A stretch of DNA of 64,000 nt from Candidatus Latescibacterota bacterium. Lineage in GTDB: Bacteria; Latescibacterota; UBA2968. The notes below the pieces were generated by a model. That model saw only the letters and a program-made list of their open reading frames with translations. It was not told the origin of the DNA and did not search any database. How positions within the stretch are numbered: position 1 is the stretch's first letter; every line of letters starts with the position of its first letter. Location of the stretch: positions 5,376,001 through 5,440,000 of the forward strand of contig OZ242311.1 in NCBI GenBank assembly GCA_965207885.1. The letters are read 5' to 3'. A program made the translations under genes and the position numbers. Positions 59,711 to 64,000 of the stretch are shown here, piece after piece.

Positions 59711-61021
59711 TCAGACAGCGAGACCAGCCCGGATGAGCCACGGTTTCGACAGCCCTTCTGCCGTAGATCCATCGAAGAGCAACCGCCGGTCTCGCAGTAA
59801 GACGACGCGCGTTGCCTGGGGTGGCAGTGAATGAAGGCAGTGGGTTGCCCAGACGCACGTTGCGCTCGTCCGACGAACAGACTCTACAACGAGCGTGCGA
59901 AGCTCATGGGCCGCGACGGGATCAAGCCCGGCCGTGGGCTCGTCGAGGAGCAGCAACGCGGGCTCGAGCACCAGGAGACCGGCGAGCGCAACCCGGCGTT
60001 GCTCCCCGAAGCTGAGCTGATGACACGGACGCTCCAGCAGATGGTCTATGCGCAAAGCCATCGCCACCTCGCGGGATCGACATTGCGCCTCGCCTGCCTC
60101 AACGCCACGACAAAGCAGGCCCCAAGCAATGTCCTCGGCGACGGTGCTTGCGATGAAGTGGTGTTCTGGGTTCTGGTCGAGAAGCGCCACGCGTCCGTGG
60201 AGCCGAGCGCGGAGCGTCGCATCGGGCGACACGTGGTTTCCGAGGCGAGTCATGGTCCCTTGCGCGGGTCCGTCGAGCCCCGCGAGCAGACGCAATAAGC
60301 TCGTTTTCCCGGCTCCACTTGGCCCACACACGAGCAGCCACTCCGCTCTTGCCAAGCGAAGTTCGAGTTGCTCAAGCACCAACTGCCCACTGCGTTCGAC
60401 GTCGATGGCATCGAGGTGGACGCCGTCATGAGCCCGAACGTCTTCGCAGGAGGCACCACGCAGCAGTGCGTTCTCCTCGGCACGTTCGAGGCGCGCGAAG
60501 GCATGCAGGGCACCTTCGCCGAGCAGCGGTCCCCAGGCGGCCAGAGGCAAACGCGGGGACCCCAGACGGAGGCGGGCCGCGTCACGCCGCTGGACCCACT
60601 CACGCTGGGTAAGAACACCGTGCATGAGCGCGTGGTCAAGACTGGCCACGACGCCCTCAGGAATCCGAAGCCAGAGCAGGAGTTGTCGCAGCGACGCCCA
60701 GTCAACCTGGGTGCCAAGCCAGAGGATCCAGATAACACCACACAAGACCCTGGTGCTCGTTTGGACGATGATATCCGCGTTGGAATCCAGGGCGACCCCA
60801 CCAAGCAGTGCGAGCGCCACGAGGGCCAACATCCACGCGAGGGCAGGCTTAATCCTTCGGCGTCCACGGGCATGTGCGAACAGCAGAAGCACCGCGGCGA
60901 TCCCTGAGCCGATCAGGGACAAGGTGGTACTGCGTGCGCCTGCGTTGACGATCAGTACGCTGCTGGTCAGCGCGATACCCAATGCCGCAACCCATAGCGG
61001 TTGGCGGCGCTCGAAGAACAA
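59711..61021 (-). CDS. ECF transporter T-component plus ATPase fusion (CbiQ-CbiO-like)
   Basis: TM N-half with ARLRLG / ALLRG coupling motifs; GPSGAGKT, DQNPEH, LSFGEQRRVALA, LLDEPT. Confidence 0.8.
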   Translation of the reverse strand: MFFERRQPLWVAALGIALTSSVLIVNAGARSTTLSLIGSGIAAVLLLFAHARGRRRIKPALAWMLALVALALLGGVALDSNADIIVQTSTRVLCGVIWILWLGTQVDWASLRQLLLWLRIPEGVVASLDHALMHGVLTQREWVQRRDAARLRLGSPRLPLAAWGPLLGEGALHAFARLERAEENALLRGASCEDVRAHDGVHLDAIDVERSGQLVLEQLELRLARAEWLLVCGPSGAGKTSLLRLLAGLDGPAQGTMTRLGNHVSPDATLRARLHGRVALLDQNPEHHFIASTVAEDIAWGLLCRGVEAGEAQCRSREVAMALRIDHLLERPCHQLSFGEQRRVALAGLLVLEPALLLLDEPTAGLDPVAAHELRTLVVESVRRTSATCVWATHCLHSLPPQATRVVLLRDRRLLFDGSTAEGLSKPWLIRAGLAV

Positions 61022-61028
61022 AGAGTGC

Positions 61029-62116
61029 TCAGCGTGGAGGTGTATCGCGCCCTCCTCCGAGCACTCGTTCCCAGCAGCGCCCTGCGATAAATCCCAATCC
61101 GAAGAGTATGAGGATCGACATCGCGAGCCCGATCTCCCCCTGGCTCAGGTCGAAGATGCTCTCTGTGGGCGGTCGCCCCGCCTCCTCCGCGGTCGCACCG
61201 AATACGGTTCCGTCAATGCCTTCATAGCCGCATCCCGACAGGCCGATCACGAGCAACAGAAGCATGATGGACGCAAGGGGCGCGGACACGGTGCGAAGCT
61301 TCCTCAGTGCATCTCGGCAAAAAAAATTGTGCATATAAATCCTATGTCATTACGGCATGGTTTAAGCCGCCTGTCTGCCAACAGACAGGCAATCCAGAAG
61401 TTTTTAAACCGTCAGTGTGCAAGAATGACGGCAATCTATATGCTGAAAGACTTACGCCACGATACACTCAGCGAATTCGGCAGGAGGTCTGGCCGACGTG
61501 TGACCAACAGCCGTACAATGCCGACGGAGGCGACGGCTTCAAGAACCGCCAAGGGGATCTGGACAGGGGCAAACCCGAGCAGCACCGCGGCGAAGGTCGT
61601 CGCAGGCGCCGTCACATCGGACAACGCCACGGCAAGCACCGCGGCGTCTGCCACATATACGCTCAGGCCGCCGACGCCACATGCGAAAGCGAGGCGAAAA
61701 GCCCCGTCTATACCGAGCCGCCGGAGCAAAGCCCAAAGCCCAACGGTCGTCAGAGGCCCCAGCAGTCCGAGCGTCAGGGTGTTGACCCCCAGCGTCGTGA
61801 GCCCGCCGTGAGCGAAGAAGACCGCCTGCAGCAAGAGCACGAAGAACGTGGGCCACACGATGCGGCGGACGCCGACAACCAGGGCGAGCACCGGCGTAAG
61901 GCAGATGTGACTGGTTGCGCCCACGACGGGGACTGGTAGCGGTAGCAGAGTGCCGGCAAAGAGCAGGCTCGTGGCGCCCGCCATGATGACCGAGGACGAC
62001 GGTGTGTTGCGTCGCGTTCGTTGCTCTTCACGAAGGCTCCAAAAGACAGTGGGGGCGGCCAGGGCACTCCACGCGATGGCTTGGCTGAGCGGAAGCACAC
62101 CTTCTGATAGATGCAT
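61029..62116 (-). pseudogene. cbiM: Fused CbiM-CbiN-like Co/Ni ECF substrate component, split by a MITE
   Basis: MHLSEG N-terminus, GATSH, LQAVFFAHGGLTTLGVN; removing 61307-61470 restores one frame (PNSLRKLRTV). Confidence 0.8.
61307..61467. mobile_element. 161-bp MITE with nested palindromes
   Basis: Imperfect TIRs gtgcatctcggc / gccacgatacac; TCA duplicated at 61304-61306 and 61468-61470; AT-richer than the island. Confidence 0.8.
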
Positions 62117-62550
62117 CAGCCCCCTCCTTGATGTTGATGTGATGCCGCATTGCCACACGCATCACAGGTTCCGAGCAATACCACCTCATGTCCCGTCATC
62201 TGAAACCCGTCTGGAACCAGAGAATCGAGGCCCTCGACGCAACCGAAGAGGTCAAACGCGTGGTCGCAGGTCGAGCAAAGAAAGTGATGGTGATGCTCGC
62301 GGTCCTTGGGCTCGTACCGAACGCCGCGGCCCAACCCCTCGACCGACTCCAGCGTGCCTTCCTCAACACCCCGTTGGAGCGCGCGGTATACCGTGGCGAG
62401 ACCGACACTCTCTCCGCTTCCGCTCAGGCGGCTCCACAGTTCCTTGGCGGATAGGGGGCCGTCCGCTTCGCTAAGGGCTCGCAAGACGGTTAGCTGCTGC
62501 TTCGCTCTTTGCTGCTGCTTCGCTCTCTGTTGTTGATTTACTCTTTGCAT
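62116..62550 (-). CDS. Fur-family regulator (Zur/Nur-like)
   Basis: PLSAKEL, VGLATVYRAL, EHHHHFLCSTC, GTCDAC; QQQRAK tandem repeat at the N-terminus. Confidence 0.9.
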   Translation of the reverse strand: MQRVNQQQRAKQQQRAKQQLTVLRALSEADGPLSAKELWSRLSGSGESVGLATVYRALQRGVEEGTLESVEGLGRGVRYEPKDREHHHHFLCSTCDHAFDLFGCVEGLDSLVPDGFQMTGHEVVLLGTCDACGNAASHQHQGGG

Positions 62551-62555
62551 GAAGA

Positions 62556-62585
62556 AATGATAATCAATTCTCACATTACTGTCAA
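62556..62585 (-). promoter_or_regulatory. Sigma70 promoter with overlapping Fur-family box
   Basis: TTGACA (62585-62580), 17 nt, TATCAT (62562-62557); aatgataatcaattctca operator-like dyad. Confidence 0.75.
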
Positions 62586-62596
62586 GACTTAATGGG

Positions 62597-62642
62597 TGAC
62601 TACTCCCAACACTAAAGCTGTTGGGTTTTACGGGCTTTTCGG
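62597..62642 (-). mobile_element. IS200/IS605 end-derived mini element (PATE-like)
   Basis: Minus strand TTAT|ccgaaaagcccgtaaaacccaacagctttagtgttgggagtagTCA; similar to the left end at 26010-26060. Confidence 0.55.
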
Positions 62643-62899
62643 ATAAAACCGTACACAACGGGTGCATCAACGACCCGAAATGACGGCAGATGGTTGAGAA
62701 AACAGATCAAACGCAGAAAGGACGATCAAACAACCGGCAGGGAACTGCCTTGAACTGACCTCTGAAAGTCAATCAATGTTCATATTCATTTACAAATATT
62801 TACAGGGAACCCAACCGCCCTTCACAATGTTTAATTTAGACAAATGCCATAAACGGTTATATTTTGACGTGTCTCGGATAGCAAAAAAGGAGTGATCCA

Positions 62900-63688
62900 A
62901 TGCACACCAGATGGTTTTTCCTCTTAGCACTGTTCCTTACTGCCTGCATAGGTCCGTTAGACCCGAACAATTCCGAATACATTGAAATACAAGAAGTAAC
63001 CGTCGGTCCTGCTCTGGCCAGATGCTACGGCGTCGGCGAACAGACCTGCATGATCGTTGACGGCTCATTGTTCTACGACAGCATAGAAGGCTTCAACTTC
63101 GAAGCGGGCTACAACTATCGTCTGCGGATCGGCAAATACGATCCCTATAATGGAGAAGAACCCCCGCAGGATGCTGGCCAATACAGTTATCGCCTGCTGG
63201 AACAAATAGAAAAAACCCCTGCGCCATCCACTCCGACAACCTTATCTGTGGGACCGACGCGGGTAAAATGCGAGCAAAGGGACGACTTTTGCCTGCTGAT
63301 TAACGGTGCGTCATACTACGACATCATCACCGACTTTGAGTACGAAGCCGGGTATCACTATACCCTCAATGCAAACCAATACAGCGATGGCCGATATGTA
63401 TTGACTGAAATAGCCTCAAAAACCGAAGTAACGGGCACAGAAGAAGAAATAACCGTAGGACCACACAGAACCTCATGCGGCGACAACGACTCCGTGTACT
63501 GCAACGTCATCAATGGCGAAGCCTCCCGCAGTGAAATCGTGAACTTCCAGCCCCGGCACAACTACAGCTACCGTCTGCGAGTCGAACGATTCGACATGTT
63601 TACCAACAACACAACCCCGCCGTCATCCAACATCCCAACCTACGGCTATCGCTGGCTGGAAACACTCGAGCAAAACACCAATAATTGA
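62900..63688 (+). CDS. DUF4377-repeat lipoprotein
   Basis: LTAC lipobox; three VGP..C...C...IxxF..ExGYxYxL repeats. Confidence 0.75.
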   Translation: MHTRWFFLLALFLTACIGPLDPNNSEYIEIQEVTVGPALARCYGVGEQTCMIVDGSLFYDSIEGFNFEAGYNYRLRIGKYDPYNGEEPPQDAGQYSYRLLEQIEKTPAPSTPTTLSVGPTRVKCEQRDDFCLLINGASYYDIITDFEYEAGYHYTLNANQYSDGRYVLTEIASKTEVTGTEEEITVGPHRTSCGDNDSVYCNVINGEASRSEIVNFQPRHNYSYRLRVERFDMFTNNTTPPSSNIPTYGYRWLETLEQNTNN

Positions 63689-63693
63689 AGTCC

Positions 63694-64000
63694 CTACGAA
63701 AACGCCTGACTCAAATTCTTGCGATGCAGAACGAACCAGATCACAATCGGTGCGCCAATCAGGGACGTCACCGCATTCAGCGGCAAAACAAATTGACTAC
63801 CCGGCAAATGGGCGATCAGATCAGATAGCAGTGCCAGCGTCGCCCCCAAGCAAGTGACCGCAGGCATAAGCACGCGGTGATCCGACGTATGCAACAGACT
63901 GCGGCAAAGATGCGGCACAGCCAGACCCAAAAACGCAATCGGACCGCAAAAAGCAGTCGTTGCGCCCGCCAGAATCGACGCGCTGATCAAAATCCACAAG
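63694..64000 (-). CDS. FecCD/BtuC-family ABC permease (partial, C-terminal end)
   Basis: AFCGPIAFLGLAVPHL, LPLNAVTSLIGAP. Confidence 0.88.
   Translation of the reverse strand, partial: LWILISASILAGATTAFCGPIAFLGLAVPHLCRSLLHTSDHRVLMPAVTCLGATLALLSDLIAHLPGSQFVLPLNAVTSLIGAPIVIWFVLHRKNLSQAFS

Noticed and set aside
58431-59834. Long plus-strand ORFs (also 55991-56929, 60624-61811, 27411-28610, and minus-strand 15478-16668)
   Set aside because: Antisense shadows of well-supported genes in GC-rich or biased sequence; no recognisable motifs.
1-64000. tRNA or rRNA genes
   Set aside because: None recognised by eye; tRNAscan-SE/barrnap were not run.

Overview
Bacterial chromosomal window, probably from an uncultured diderm marine or host-associated heterotroph (inferred from multiple PhyH/TauD dioxygenases, Calx-beta/FlgD and dockerin-like secreted proteins, and TonB receptors). 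Left to right: (1) an AT-rich defence locus with hsdM, an hsdS interrupted by one TAA, an Mrr-like nuclease-TPR gene and a >1039 aa TPR-PIN gene running off the left edge; (2) catabolic genes; (3) a sigma54 promoter, a frameshifted Calx-beta surface protein, an IS4 element and a soluble beta-propeller sigma54 activator; (4) five antitoxin-like genes with no intact toxin, beside a TnpB IS200/IS605 element; (5) housekeeping genes (psd, rimO, folA, thyA, a MerR-sigma pair, purH under a ZTP riboswitch, ChdC-like); (6) an approximately 17 kb metal-starvation region. That region holds a tandem duplication of [His/CxxC/RSPP leader ORF - lipoprotein - TonB receptor], a Zrg-like ABC/DUF3299/MerC set, and a GC-rich Fur-CbiMN-ECF-COG0523-WD40-COG0523 island whose cbiMN gene is split by a MITE. 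The strongest novel signal is the leader ORF: its last codons form a 15-bp helix with the downstream Shine-Dalgarno, which suggests a metal-sensing ribosome-arrest translational switch. Family assignments come from motif recognition by eye; no database searches were run.
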